The notes under the pieces: model-generated
What the model was told of the DNA's origin: nothing
The model's database searches: none
Seen by the model: only the letters and a program-made list of their open reading frames with translations
Shown here: positions 37,601-50,890 of the stretch, in pieces
How positions within the stretch are numbered: position 1 is the stretch's first letter
Layout of the letters: each line of letters starts with the position of its first letter
DNA from: Botryllus schlosseri
Lineage: Eukaryota
Length of the DNA: 64,000 nucleotides
Assembly: GCA_051294905.1 (NCBI GenBank)
Contig: CM119372.1
Location: 3,970,001-4,034,000 of the forward strand
Direction: 5' to 3'
Translations under genes and position numbers: made by a program

Positions 37601-39981
37601 TCCAAAGGACAATGGTATTTCTACTTGGGTTACGACCGATCTCCAGGTGAAAATGGAAATTTTACTTGGGTAGGTATCGTATGTTTAGTGTCGTTGGTAT
37701 TGTTAAACGTTGTCGCCGGTAGCTGTTGGTATACTATTACGAGTGTGAAAAGGATTTACACGGCCTGTGTAGAGTATCGTGATAGTAAACATATTTTTGG
37801 TGCGACGAACCAAGATCGTTGTTTAAATTTTAATGCATTTCGATTACCGAGTTGTTGTACAATAGAGATGACTCTACATTAGACCGTGCTGTATACTTCG
37901 ATTAAAACCACAAGACCACATGTAAATCTATTCGCACAACTCGATGATGTTGATATAGTGTTACTAAAATTAATTATTACCTATTTACACAACATAAAAA
38001 TAACAATTCATGTCGCAGCAGGTTTCTTGAACTCGTGCTTGATGAAAACGATTGGCGATAAGTATGCTTTGAGTGAAAAATAATTATTTAGAGTAGTGAC
38101 AGTTTGTGACCAACGAATGCAAATCGATCATGATATTACAATATATGCTTTCGTCAACATACCGACTTGGTGTAGAAACACTTTCACGTTTTTTGAAAAA
38201 CTGGATTCTCGAGACTTGCTACTTGTACGATGTATCGTTGGTGGGTAAACTATAACGACCAATTTGTATGATAGTATGTTTGAGTTGTATTGTTGTGATG
38301 ACTCAGCGCTTTTCGTTTGCAAAGTAGGTCGATTTGTGTGTAAGATGTAAGCACCGTAACTAGAAAACGTATGTACTCTGTTGTTGGAGTAGCTGATTTA
38401 TTGTTATGACATGGACATATCCTGAAGCCTTGGTTTGTTGTCTTACGAAAGATGAGGCGACCTCGGTGTCGTAAATTGTGTTAACTAAACTCGTATGGAT
38501 ACCACAATTGTGCTGGACTTACACATGGTATTCGCATACTGTACACACACAAACTTTTGTGTAAACAACTCTGGTGTTTCTGTTAATACTAGTTCTGTGT
38601 TGAAATACTTGATTATTACGATACATGAACAACCATTCAGATGATAAAGTTCTTGAGGTATCGAAACAGTTTGAAAGCACCACCAATCATTGTACAGGTT
38701 TGTAGCATGAGCGAATATTTTCTTGTAACATGAATATATTTCATATGTCTTCGGTAAGAAATGGGTTATGTGGGATAATAATTAGTATCGTAAAACTTGT
38801 TGTGTTTGATTGCATACTTTTTAACATTGTTTGTTGTTGAAAGACGGGTGAGTTTACATTTAAATATAGTAAGCAGAGCAACTCAAGTAATAAATTTTAC
38901 TCGTTTGAAAATCGACAACGGAAAAAATACCGATGAATGGAGTAACAGTAATAATATGTGTGGTATATTATTTTTAGTGATATGCAACCAATCTTCTAAA
39001 TCTTCTAATTTATCATGTCATAGAAAATCCGATTGTTATGAATTCAAAACAAAAAGTACTTCGATTATCAGGACAAAGGGGATTGAGATCAACGCAGTAT
39101 TTCGAAGTGGTATGTTCAGCAATCACTAAATGACAAAAATATCAAACTGTGCATACAACTCGGTTAGTTAAACGATACATTTACAAGTTTACCGAAATCT
39201 TGATTTATTAATGACAGCTTGATGATGTAAAGCTCAACCACTCCATTGTGTTTATTACAAAGTATTTGACACAGACAAAATATTGAACGAAGGCCCACCA
39301 CTTGGTTTCATTACAAGGTAAGTGAAAATTGTTTTCTGTTGGTCAGGTATGATTTGCATTTAGTAAAACGATCTACGCCGATTAAGTGACGCTGTTTCAT
39401 ATCCGATGAGTGAGTGAAATTTCCTTATGGTTTGATTTAGTGGGTTAATTACCTGCGATTCAATCACATACAAGTAAGATCTTTTATGGGTTGAGTATTG
39501 TGACGACCTTTACTTTGACGAATGACAATGGGGAAAATTTCGATTGCATTTTCGGTGTATGTGTTGGACCAGTGATTCTAGTACACCTAACTATAGGATA
39601 CATTTGACAAACATCGTACAAATTGTTTCGTTGTGATGGTAACGACTTTCGGCGGTTTGGTTTCATGTCGGAAATTATTATTTGGAGGTTCAAAAACAAT
39701 CAATACTACAAATGAACAACAATGCAAAACACGTTAAGTGAATTACAGTGTAGCAAGTACTTTTTTGATATTACGAGTGTTGGGCACTAGACACTTCTAG
39801 TTCAATTGGATGCATCTAACAAACATATCACAATTTACTTTTGTAATAATCAAAGTCTTAGTCTTGGTTACTGGAAATATTTTCTGATATCCGCGATACG
39901 CAGAGTGATTTTTACCAAGGTGGAGTAATTTTCCTATCAAGAACATTTCAGACACACATAGTTTACAGCTTAATATGTTAA

Positions 39982-42400
39982 CCCGATCGAAACGGCCGGC
40001 CTCAAGTCCAAATTTCAATGCATTTAGTAAAATGTTCATAAAATCTGAACCACGGGAGTTGAACCGACACCCAATATATCGCTGTAATCGTGAAACAGCC
40101 GCCTAACCAACTGAGCTACTCTCAAAGCGAGAGAGAAACAGGTGATGCCCCTATACCAAGAAGTGTTCTCAACTTTTAGAAAATAAAAGAGAATTTGATT
40201 TTTGAATTTGCGACTACGTCATACAAAGACCTGCTCGGGATAGAATCATCGCCTGACTGATTTCGCAAGGATATCAGGATTCTAAAATGACCTGAGTGAG
40301 GTTCTTACGATAATACAATCGAGAGTAACGACCGCTGATATAGCGATGGCTACAGTTGGATATAGCGCGATTGATGCCAGGCGTCTCGCATTCGGCGCAC
40401 ATACACGCGCCGTGAGTTATTCTAGTATCGACGACGTTCAATGATTCATTTCACCGCGCCGGTGTATATATTAGCTTTGTACGAGTTACTAAGTACTAGA
40501 TAGTGCTTTGTCGAAACACACCTTGCTCTTGTACAACAACTAGAACTGAATATATAGTGGTTGGATTGACAGGTAGTCATACCTGCAATATAAAATACAG
40601 TGTTTCACTGATATTTTACTGGGCATTTGAAAAAAGATTAGGTCATATTATGCAAGCCTTTTATCGATAATCGTGATGTACACAATCGCTTTGAGACAAG
40701 GGCTGTCTATTGAACAAATAGGCATTTTGAAAACCCAGTGTTCACGACATGCGCACCGCAGCAATCAGCTTCGAAGTGCACAACTCGACCGCTGACTCTA
40801 CACACCTATTTTATTCGCTAATTTGACAATGGACATTGGACATTCAGCCATATTTTGCTTTTGTTCTCTACCATGGGCCAGATCTGAAACATTTTCACCA
40901 GAAGTGAAGCCATTTACGGACATAACTTTGCTGTCATATCGATTGCGCGTTGGAGATCTTGTAGCTCGTTGCACATATCATGCTGGTAATGCTGTATTAG
41001 TATAAAAAGCAGCAATCGATATGCGTAATCTGTAACAGCGAATCTGCGCTAATCACAACAGCAAATATATTACCGCGTGTTATTGTTTGGGTAATAACAT
41101 AGTATCGCGGACGTTCAAATGATTCATTTCACTACGTCGGTATATGTAATCGCTTGTCTATCCTTTGTACGAGTTAGTGCCATGTGTTGAAACTAACATT
41201 GCTGTTGTACAACACGCGCATCGCAGCAATCAGTTTCGAAGTGCGTTCGTGACCGCAGACTCTACATACCTCGATCCGCTAAATTGAAAATCGACATTCA
41301 ACCATATTTTTGTAAAAGAATTTATTGCATGGCGCAATATATCATGAAATAATGCACCACGTGTGTAATGCAATAGCAAATCGAAATAATAACAAACCAG
41401 CACATCTAGCACCAACACATGGAAAAACGTAAGAAACCATTATAGCATTGGCAACTGAAGTTATTGCAATTATATTCGTTGCCCACACTGCAATGATAAT
41501 AGGTCAACTGCTTTGACAGAGTTACGCCGAATTTTCTTGCCTCTCTCGTGAATCATGGACGAATAAAATACTTTGAATCAAGAAAGTGCATTGATTAGAT
41601 GGAACCGGGATTTGATGCCTGGCTTTGCTGGTCGTCAAATTTTCATAAATGACCTGCGCGTTGTGGACGGAAATCTCGAGCAGACACGAAAATACTTTTC
41701 AATACCAGAATCGCGACCGGAGCATTGATGTGCCGGTGCATTTCTTTTTATTCGCTACTACGGGAAAGACGTGAAACATTTCCACCAGAAGTGAAGCCAT
41801 TTACGGACATAAATTTGCTGTCATATCAATAGCGGAGATCTTGTAGCTCGCTGAAGAACATCATGGCAGTATTGGTGTATTAGTATGAATAGCAAAAATA
41901 TTCAATATGCGTAATCTTCAACAGCAACAGAAAATACATTGCTAAAACCCGCGCATGTTATTTCGTAACATAATTTTACTTCCAGTTCGAAGAATCTTCT
42001 GTGCGACTAATTTTTGATTATAAGTATTCCAATAGATGGGCAATGGGCATAACCAGCACATGTTAGGAGAAAAGATCTGCAAATGAATTTGATGTCTCGG
42101 AGATGCGCTGATTTAGGTCACGGGCGCTGGTTTATCTCACGCGCGCACATTCACGCGAACGTCGTGGCGAATTGTATTTTGCGCAAAACGTTTTTATGTA
42201 TTCAATCTGCATTTTGAACAGGCTATTCGATAGTATAAGATGTTATTTATGGCTCGACGTATGCGTATTGATAATAGCTATCCATCTGTAATAGTTGTAA
42301 TTGTCTACGACCAGAACAACCCAGGAAATTTTGGATTAAGTAAAGCGTGTTCGTGAAAATACGCTCAGTAATCATTAATGAGTGTGCCGTTTCGATCGGG
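39982..42400 (-). mobile_element. piggyBac-like non-autonomous element (2419 bp) in the right arm
   Basis: Perfect 15-bp TIR CCCGATCGAAACGGC; TTAA duplicated (39978-39981, 42401-42404); single empty TTAA at 31606-31609 in the left arm. Confidence 0.93.
40043..40126 (-). ncRNA. tRNA-like Pol III unit, homolog of 5612-5694
   Basis: Minus strand: TAGCTCAGTTGG A box, GCTGT/ACAGC stem, GGTTCAACTCCC B box, TTTT downstream. Confidence 0.6.
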
Positions 42401-44896
42401 TTAATAACATTGGTACTGAAAAGTTTGTTGCTGTCATAACATTTACCACAACACCGGGTCTAATTAACGCAAACAATTAATAATAAAGTAACGATCAACA
42501 ATTACAAAATCTCATATGTCAAATCAATGTGTCAATCCCTATGTTTACATCATGATAATTTTGATATCACACCTGTGCTCGATTGTAAGAAACTACGATG
42601 ATCAGACTGTCAAATCTCGTATACTCAAACATATTATGTTAATCTCAAGTCGCCGACACTGAGAAGTAATTACTTTTGGTCTTACAAAATATACCGAGTA
42701 GTAATTCCTCTATCTTACAGAATAGTTACGACTTTTCAAACTGGATAAAAAAAGATGTGTACGGATCTGAATACAACCAAGCTTGTTATGGATTTTAGGT
42801 TTTAGTGATTGTATGGATTCGTGTATGTTTGGCTGTTTTTCATACTGATACTGTTTGAGTTGGTCGGGGTAACGGATTTACTTGACAATGTTTTCGTGGT
42901 TGATTCTTTGAATATGGTAAGATGGTAAGATGTCGAGACGTAATACTATTTCCGTTAACTCAATTACAACAAAACATAACCAGCATTCAAATAATCCGTA
43001 AGCTACAAGTGGATTTAAAACTTGATGCTGTTTTGTGGTTAACTCAAGTCAGTGGTCATATTTGTGTTGATTTCAGGAATGATCATGACGAGTTGGTCGG
43101 GTAAATTAGTGGTAGTAACTATGACCGTACAGAGTTGCTGACATTCAAACATCTTTTACGCTGTAATATACGGATTTTATTGTGATAAATTATTTCTCAG
43201 TTATTGTTCAGACATTCAAATCTCGTGTACTCAAAATATAATATGTTTATGTCAAGTCATTTATGTGTCGATTAGTAAATAGCTTACTTTGTCTTCAGAA
43301 TAGTAACGACCTTTACAATTGAATAAAAAAGACCGAGCATACGAATACAACCAGGATGAATTAATTCAAATTTATGAGTTGCAGTGATATAATCAAGTAA
43401 GTGAAAACTAGATTTTTAACAATTGTTAATGTTGTGAATAATTCTTTTGAGTATGGTAAGATGTTAAAATATCTCTTTGACAAACGGAAAGCAGGATCGT
43501 GAATAGAGTTGTAATGTTACATTACTTGGTTCGAAGTATGATCTTGAAATGTGACTGGATCAAAGTTGGTAGTCATGTTTGTCAATCCTATTTCAATTCA
43601 CACTATGTCAAAGTCCAAATATTTCATTTTGAATTATCTGGATTTATCTTTAGTACATCCCACGAATGGATTCCGACACCGTACTATAACATTCTTAAAA
43701 ATAAAGACTCGAGGATTTTCATAATGTTAGAGCTGGCAAATGATTAGTTGCGTGTTTTTGTTAAGAGTTTGATTTCAAGTTAATAAATACAATAACTGTG
43801 TAATGCACATACTTGTGATTCTTGATTCTTGTAGAGTTATAGTTGGTATTGATTCTATAAGTGTGAAAACAGCGGCGCGGAATGTGCGAATAATTCGATG
43901 CGGCTGAAAGTCGGCGTCAGTAATATTCAGGTTACGGTCGAATCAAAAGATTTCTCAAAATAATTAGAATTGTACCGAATTAACACATTCAAATACGAAT
44001 CAACTTGGTTTGTGTAGTAAGTTTCATTTCAAGTTGACAAATTGATACATTACTTGTATATTCACATGATTCTTATCGTGCAACTAAAGTCAGCCGCTGT
44101 TCGAAGTGTCAAAACATATAGCGACCACCAGAAAGTGTCAAATTGTTGGTTTTCGAATCACCGTCTGCGACGGCTCTGTGACAAACTAATTACCGAAATA
44201 TTACCTTGTGAGCGATCGGTATGTCTTTAACACCAAGTCACTAAATGGTTATAGCCGAGACATTATCTTGTTAGCGATCGCGGGATTTGCAATCTATTTT
44301 ACACTTTTTTAGGTGTTAATTTACGAGTGCGGTTATTTGTTGGTCGCTTTTCGTGTCGTTGCTGAATACTGAATACTCCTGTATGTAATAGTACTTACTG
44401 GATTAGTGGAATAATCGATACGATAGTGCGCGCTCCGAATTTCCAAAACGGACGTATGCACTGCTTAATCCTCACAACAAGCCACGTTTCCGTTTGTGCG
44501 GTTATTGTTGGTGACTCGTACATATTCAACACCGCGCGAGAGATGCCTGAAAGTGCGAATCACGACCGCATCCATAAGAACACATGGCACCTCACCACAG
44601 AACCCGTAAGAATACACGACAGGCGAATCGCCGCCACCGCCTATAGCAAAAAAGGCGAGTCACGACCACGAGTTTTCACGGCGAATCACGACCGCGGCCT
44701 ATACCCGAAAAGGCGAATCACGACCGCACCCATAAGAACACATGGCGAATCGCGACCCCCGCCATAAGAGATAAGAGGCGAATCGCCACCCCGGGTTTCC
44801 AGGCGAATCGCCACCCCGCCATAAGAAACAATAGCCGCTCACGACCGATCTACATAACTACTTACGGCACATAAAATTGTACCGAGGAACTCTTAC

Positions 44897-44940
44897 TCTG
44901 TCTTAGAAGAGTTTTCTCTGCTGCAAATCGACCCATGCAT
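44897..44940 (-). CDS. Candidate first coding exon of the EF-hand gene (MHGSICSRENSSKT-E)
   Basis: ATG plus 44 nt ending in phase 2 at a GTAAGA donor; joins in frame to the CAG acceptor at 28944 and the open frame upstream of ATG 28849. Confidence 0.5.
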
Positions 44941-46849
44941 GTAGGCCTACTTGTTTCGCTGTCGGTGGCAATTTAGTGTCCATTTCTGCACTAGATTTCT
45001 GTTGATAATGCATTGCATATTGGCCTACCTGCAGTGTTATTCAACGTTTTTTCGGATTATGATATTAAGATAAAAAGCAAATGAAAATTGGATATAGATC
45101 GATACTGAGAAAACGTAAATTCCACATTTTCGATTGGGACATGGAATCTGGAGTTCTGGTTACACACAAATCCAGCATATTGGCTATGCACAGGGAACTC
45201 GGAGTGCGGAGTGCGGATGCGGAATGCGGAGATGCGAGATGGATATAAACGTGTTATTTGGAATTACGATAAGAAGAGGATCTATGATTTGCATTTGAAG
45301 TTTTAAAATGGACCATGATTTGGATTTGGTGCCGTCTCGAATTCGACCGCAGTCAGGATGCAAATTCTGCAGCTACAATTTTTATAATTTATTGCTGCCT
45401 AATGTGGAAAACCAAGCCCATGTATCTTCCACTGCAAAACTTTGTCGCTATGCAATCAATCTGAATGTACTTAATTTCTTGCATTGAGTCGGTTAATCAT
45501 CGGAAGTTTTGTCACAAATTGTCAAGTAAGAAAGTGGCAGGGAGGCAGAATACGTTTGTGTTATATGGCAATCGATTCCGTATGCATCGATAAATCTATA
45601 AGTCATTATCATAACGATCCAAATGCAGCGTAATCGATCTAATCATCGCATTCATTATAGTGGGGTGTTCTTTGACGAATCTCACCCAGTTCAAACAGGT
45701 GCTATTGAACACCCCGGAGGTGTGGTCGTGCACCCGTTAAGATCCTTCTCCGTTTACAGGTGTGTTTTAGCAATTATCACTCAACACTTTGAAGTGAAAT
45801 TGGGAAAATATGCACCCAAAACGTGTATGGACTGCAAACCTAATCGTTCACGTGGTTGAGTGTGGTGTATGGTTGCATTTAAAACAAACATGTTTAAAAC
45901 AATGCCCTTGCTCAAATCGTGTTTTTTATTGTGTTTTTTAAGCCATGACGTCTCGAATATTCTGTTGTGACGTCATGATGGATTTACATTGACAATTGAA
46001 AATATAGGGTAAATATAGCTCCTTTGACGAAATATCTATACTATTGCTGTTGAACTGACTATTTTGAGGGTTCCAGACATCCCGTATCGATATACGTCGG
46101 CTATATCGGGTAGCTGTCCGTAGGCTCATACAACATGTTTTTTGGAAAGTATTTACACGACCATGGCATAACTTCACGACCTATTTTTTTTAAATAGGCC
46201 TTTGTTTAAAACGCTGTTTAAAGCATGATTTAAACAAAGTGTTTTAAAACACCGTTTGTTTTAAATGCAACCCTAGCGGTGTAGTGCCATGAAGCAACAA
46301 TTATTCCGTGAATCCTCAATAATGATATTTTTAAAAACTGATATAAATGCTGCTGTACTCACGAGAGAGGAGCGAACAGATCGAACTCCAAAAGCTGAAA
46401 ATTTTCCATAAGGATGTCACAGGATAACGTGGATTATGAATGGAATTTTAATATTTCCGTTATGGGAGTCACGAAATGCAATCAAATTTGCAGGCTTTGC
46501 ATATATGACCTACAAAAGTCATATACTATATAAATATATACTTAATACGAATGCATGAATAAAAATATGTAGAATGGCGACAGAGCAGCTATAGTTACAT
46601 ACACGGCGGTATAGTTGCGAGCGGAGGCGATGTTAGGAAGACAAATTTGGGTGGGCCGCTTTGCTCAATGACAGTTATAACTATAGCATATATAGAGCAG
46701 GGAAAATTAAAGTATAGGTCGCGAAGGGTGTAAATTTGGGTCGAGACCTTCCCAGAGCGATCTTTTATTATATATTGTATATCTGCTGAATTTCTTGCAG
46801 CAACTATACTTCTTCACGCGATCTCCTGTGGCTGGTTTGTACAATGTAC

Positions 46850-47815
46850 TAGGGATGGTGTGAACCCCTGAAAGGTTCAGGTTCGTATGAACGCGAACCT
46901 TTTAGAAAGGTTCTGTGTGAACGCGAACGTGAACCTCATGACGTCACGTGACGCCATATTGCTAATTCAAACCCTACATTTCAGTGAGGTAATAGCTGAT
47001 ATCAATGTACAGCACACGATACATACTATAGCGACGACTCGGGACGAATAATGCCACAATGCTGAAGTACATATTTACGTTTTAAACGTCGCCAGATGTA
47101 TCAACTGGGACAATCAAATGATATAATAATCCCATAACGTCAATATCTTCTGTCCCTTTGCCAACAATTTCGACGAGGACTTGCAAGGGAATAAAAGCTT
47201 ATGCCTAAACGGTCTTGGCCAGACCGGAAAATGTATTCACCGTCTGAGTATTGCTACGTTGATATTGAGCAGCGTGTAAAACGGGTTTCTATAGCCTACT
47301 TGCTGTCGATGTTACCCCATTACCAAGTTATACAGCAGTAGCCAACACCCCAATCGCACGGATTGGCTTTTATGATACAATAAACATATGAAGTCAAGAT
47401 TGACCCCATTTCATTGATTGGTTGAATAAGTATCATTCGCTGACTACATGTAGTGTATTTCGCTCTTGATGCTGCGTGATTGTGGGTCAAGCTCGCAGCA
47501 GAGTGTCACTAAATATTCACAAACGGAAAGCTGGATATTTCGAACAAACATTTGTAAGTAAATTTTTGAGATTGTCAAGGTGCATACTTGTTTAGTGTTG
47601 ATTTTTTATATGCTGCCAGCGCCTTGCATAGAGTGGCTCGCAGTTCAAAGGCAATAGATTTCAACCAAAGTTGTTATAATGAAGTGAAAATTGTAATAAA
47701 TGAAAAAGGTTCACAGTGCAGAACCTACCAAGGTTCGTTTGTGAACGTGAACCTCTTAATTTCTGAGGTTCACACACAGAACGCGAACGTGAACCTCACG
47801 TTCACACCATCCCTA
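46850..47815 (+). mobile_element. hAT-type MITE family A, full length (966 bp)
   Basis: TIR TAGGGATGGTGTGAAC both ends; TSD CAATGTAC / TAATGTAC. Confidence 0.9.
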
Positions 47816-47834
47816 TAATGTACATGTTCCAGCG

Positions 47835-48062
47835 AGATATAGTGTAATGCGTCCAGTTTCTCGATCGGTAGGTCGTGTTTCGATCACCGGCCGGGTCATA
47901 CTAAAGACTTGAAAATTGGTATCCGCAGCTATCCTGCTAGGCACTCAGCAAGCACGGATAGCATGGATGAGAAAAACGGGGGTGCAGATGAGGGTGACTT
48001 TACGGTCGTATCGCATCTCCGTCGTCAAAGCATCTCGACGGTGCAGGCGAAAAAGATATATC
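47835..48062 (+). mobile_element. tRNA-derived SINE, degraded, with a MetaSINE-like core
   Basis: Degenerate B box TTCGATCACC, core GTCATACTAAAGACTTGAAAATTGGTAT..TGCTAGGCACTCAGCA; 3' part shared with 56358-56465; related head at ~52400-52490. Confidence 0.55.
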
Positions 48063-50890
48063 CCTCATTGTTCAAGGACACTGTGTAAGTCAATAAGATA
48101 GACATGCAGAAAAAGTGGTTACGATATTTGGCTTGATCATGAAAATGTGCCGACCTTTGTATTACACAAAATGGTTTAGTGGCATGATGATAAGGTTTGT
48201 CAGACATTGACCTTCAGTCTTAGGAAAGCTCTTCTTGCGCTGGTAGTACTAGTAGGCTACTCGGGCAGGGCCAAGGGACGGGCGGAAAGAGCGAGGCCGT
48301 ATCTGCCGCACCCCATATTTTTTGTATACGCACAATTTCCAAAAATGAATTGAATTTTATCCGCAATTTTGAAAGACTGGTTTATTCCTAGTATCGCTTA
48401 ACGTTGTCGGAGACAGTTTCGATACTTTAGTATGGGAGTGTATACAACGTTCGGGTCTTTTAGACACATATATTTCGTGGCCGACCCTTTCCGTGCCGGG
48501 AAGCTCGAAGGCATGAAGTGTTGACCAACACGCGGCTGGGCAAAGTGCAGTGCCAAAAACATGGCGGCGATAAAACCCTGGTCCGAAAGGACTGTTGCAT
48601 GCTTGTTGGCCAAAATCTTCGATTTTGATACGTCCGGTCGTCAAAATCGTCGGCACCGAATATAGTCCCGTCCTTGTAGTCTGAGCGGCACTATACAGAT
48701 GCGCCTCGCAGTTTGAAATCGAGTGCGTCACACATGTTTCATAGAACTGCGTTGCGTCTGCACCGTCTCTATTCCTCGCATGCGCGCAAAAATGTAGTAT
48801 CATAACATTAGGATAAGCATTATTTCGATGTGGCCGTCAGGCGATAAGCGCCAGATCTTTTTGTTTATTAAACAATAATTTCGATGTGTGAGACTTGGGT
48901 CGCGAGATGCTAATACAACTGAGATTTGGGTCGCGGTCTAAAAAGTTCAAGAACCACTGATGCAGAGCTATATATCTACCCCAATGTGATTTTCCTGTTG
49001 ATGTGATTCGTCAATCCACATGCCTCATTGGAATCAAAGGCATGAAAATGATTCGAATCGATTGGGAAACACTGATTCGTTCAGCCCATCCCTTGCTGTT
49101 ATTTATTATAACCACCCATTGCTTCGTCGTCAAATAAAATATTCTTTCCTATGAAATTTTAATTCTCTGCTAATGGATTAGAAGGAGTTTCCAAGCTCTA
49201 CCGATATTTAGACTATATAATACCCTCACGGAGGTTTACTTACGAATTCTGCATTTTTAGTTCCGGACAACCTGAAGTGATCGCCTTGTAAGTAGACTAG
49301 TGCGTTTATCTTATACGCGTCGCATACATATATGGATGTTTTACAAAATGAATGATTGCATTAATATGATTACAGCAATCGATAAAATATAGGGCTCATT
49401 ATCCACTTTGTCAAGGAGCATTTCAATATATGTATAGCTCATCAGTTTCGAGGTTCCTATGAAACCAGTTTTCATGCGTTAATGAGCTATTATAGCTGTG
49501 ACTCCAAAAGTCTATTTGCGAAGGGTCGAAATTTAAGCAATTAGCCCATAGCTAGAGCACGAGGTATCGCCATAGCAATATTTGCTGGATATATTGCAAA
49601 AAAGTATCGTAAATAATTTTTCGTGATTGGCACGAAGTATTCTGTATAGTTAATGTGTAAGCCTACATTATTCCAAGTCCAACACTGTGTTGGGTGCTAT
49701 ATAGAGTGTATTGACAGCCAATACATCATACATAATCTCGCGCATTCGGGGAATCGAGTGCTCCAAAACTTCCTCTATCGAATTCTTGACTGGAAAACGG
49801 ATTGGCACCATTGGTGCATTGTACAGTGTACAGTGTACACTGTACAACTAATACACGCGTAGCGTGGAATACAATACAGTCGTGCATATACAATGAAGGT
49901 TAAATTTCAGCGAGATTAATCGCACTGATTTTTGTTGTAATAAAATATGTTTCACCGAACTGTCCACTACAACTTTATGTCTGCACCGTCTCTATTGAAT
50001 ATATGCTCGTAAAAAGTATCATGCTAACAATATAAAATAAATTTGGTATAGTGAGATGTTTAGAACTTAGATTTTAGCCACGCTGTAGAACTTCGATGTG
50101 GACATTTTGATCCACATGGATATATTTGTAGGTAGGCTACTGTGCTACATCTCACTGAATAGGTCTCATCATGCACGCTGATTGAGATACTGGTACTCAT
50201 TGAGAAAAAGGTCTACGACAACCTTTCAACGCCTTGACGGAACTCTTATTGACGCAAATAAATTTAGGTGTAAGGAGCGACCGCCATATAACATATAGGA
50301 TATCTCCTGAGATATAGGATAATCGAGAAATATTAACAATTGACATAGGCATACACGCGATATCGCAACAATCTTCAATTGCAGGCTGTTTGGCACCTAC
50401 CCGCTCTTGATGGAGTATAGCTATATCTGATTATTACATCCATCTAACTATCGGCGTATAACCTGTTTTAGTTGTAAAATCAGATTATACGTATTGTGTA
50501 TAAACATGTATCCTATATGTAGCAATATACGCTATATATTTCCCATGTCACATGCAGTTTTTCATGCAGAATCGATAGTTAAAGTCGATAACATATCGAC
50601 TTTTCACTAATCCTGCACTATTATCGACCGGGGATGAGCTGATGTCAATGCGGATAAAACCGATGACTGTGAGTGCACAATGCACATAAAGCAGTTTTGA
50701 GGATTGCTAACGAGATTTTGACCAGACGAATAAGCTGTTCGTAGCGCGAGTTGTTCCGGGATGCAATCAAATCAGGGTCGGCGAAGGACTAATTTTATAA
50801 ATCCCAGGCCAAATATCCCTTGCATGGTTCGACCAATGTTTACACAACGGTGAATAATTTTTAACCGCACACTAGCACGCAGTCTAACAT

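Larger units (their letters stand above)
29148..44862. mobile_element. Polinton/Maverick-like non-autonomous palindromic element
   Basis: Starts AGTAGT, ends ACTACT; exact 6-bp TSD TACGGC (29142-29147, 44863-44868); GC-rich subterminal repeats; arms 29148-35352 and 36235-44862 are reverse complements. Family call rests on end motifs and TSD length only. Confidence 0.82.
36235..44862 (-). repeat. Right arm of giant inverted repeat (6205 bp plus 2423-bp insertion)
   Basis: Reverse complement of the left arm; length difference equals the 2419-bp insert plus one TTAA. Confidence 0.97.

Noticed and set aside
29148..44862. Giant inverted repeat as a pure assembly or foldback artefact
   Set aside because: Defined termini with a 6-bp TSD, an arm-specific insertion with a clean empty site, and at least one SNP argue against it; read confirmation is still advisable
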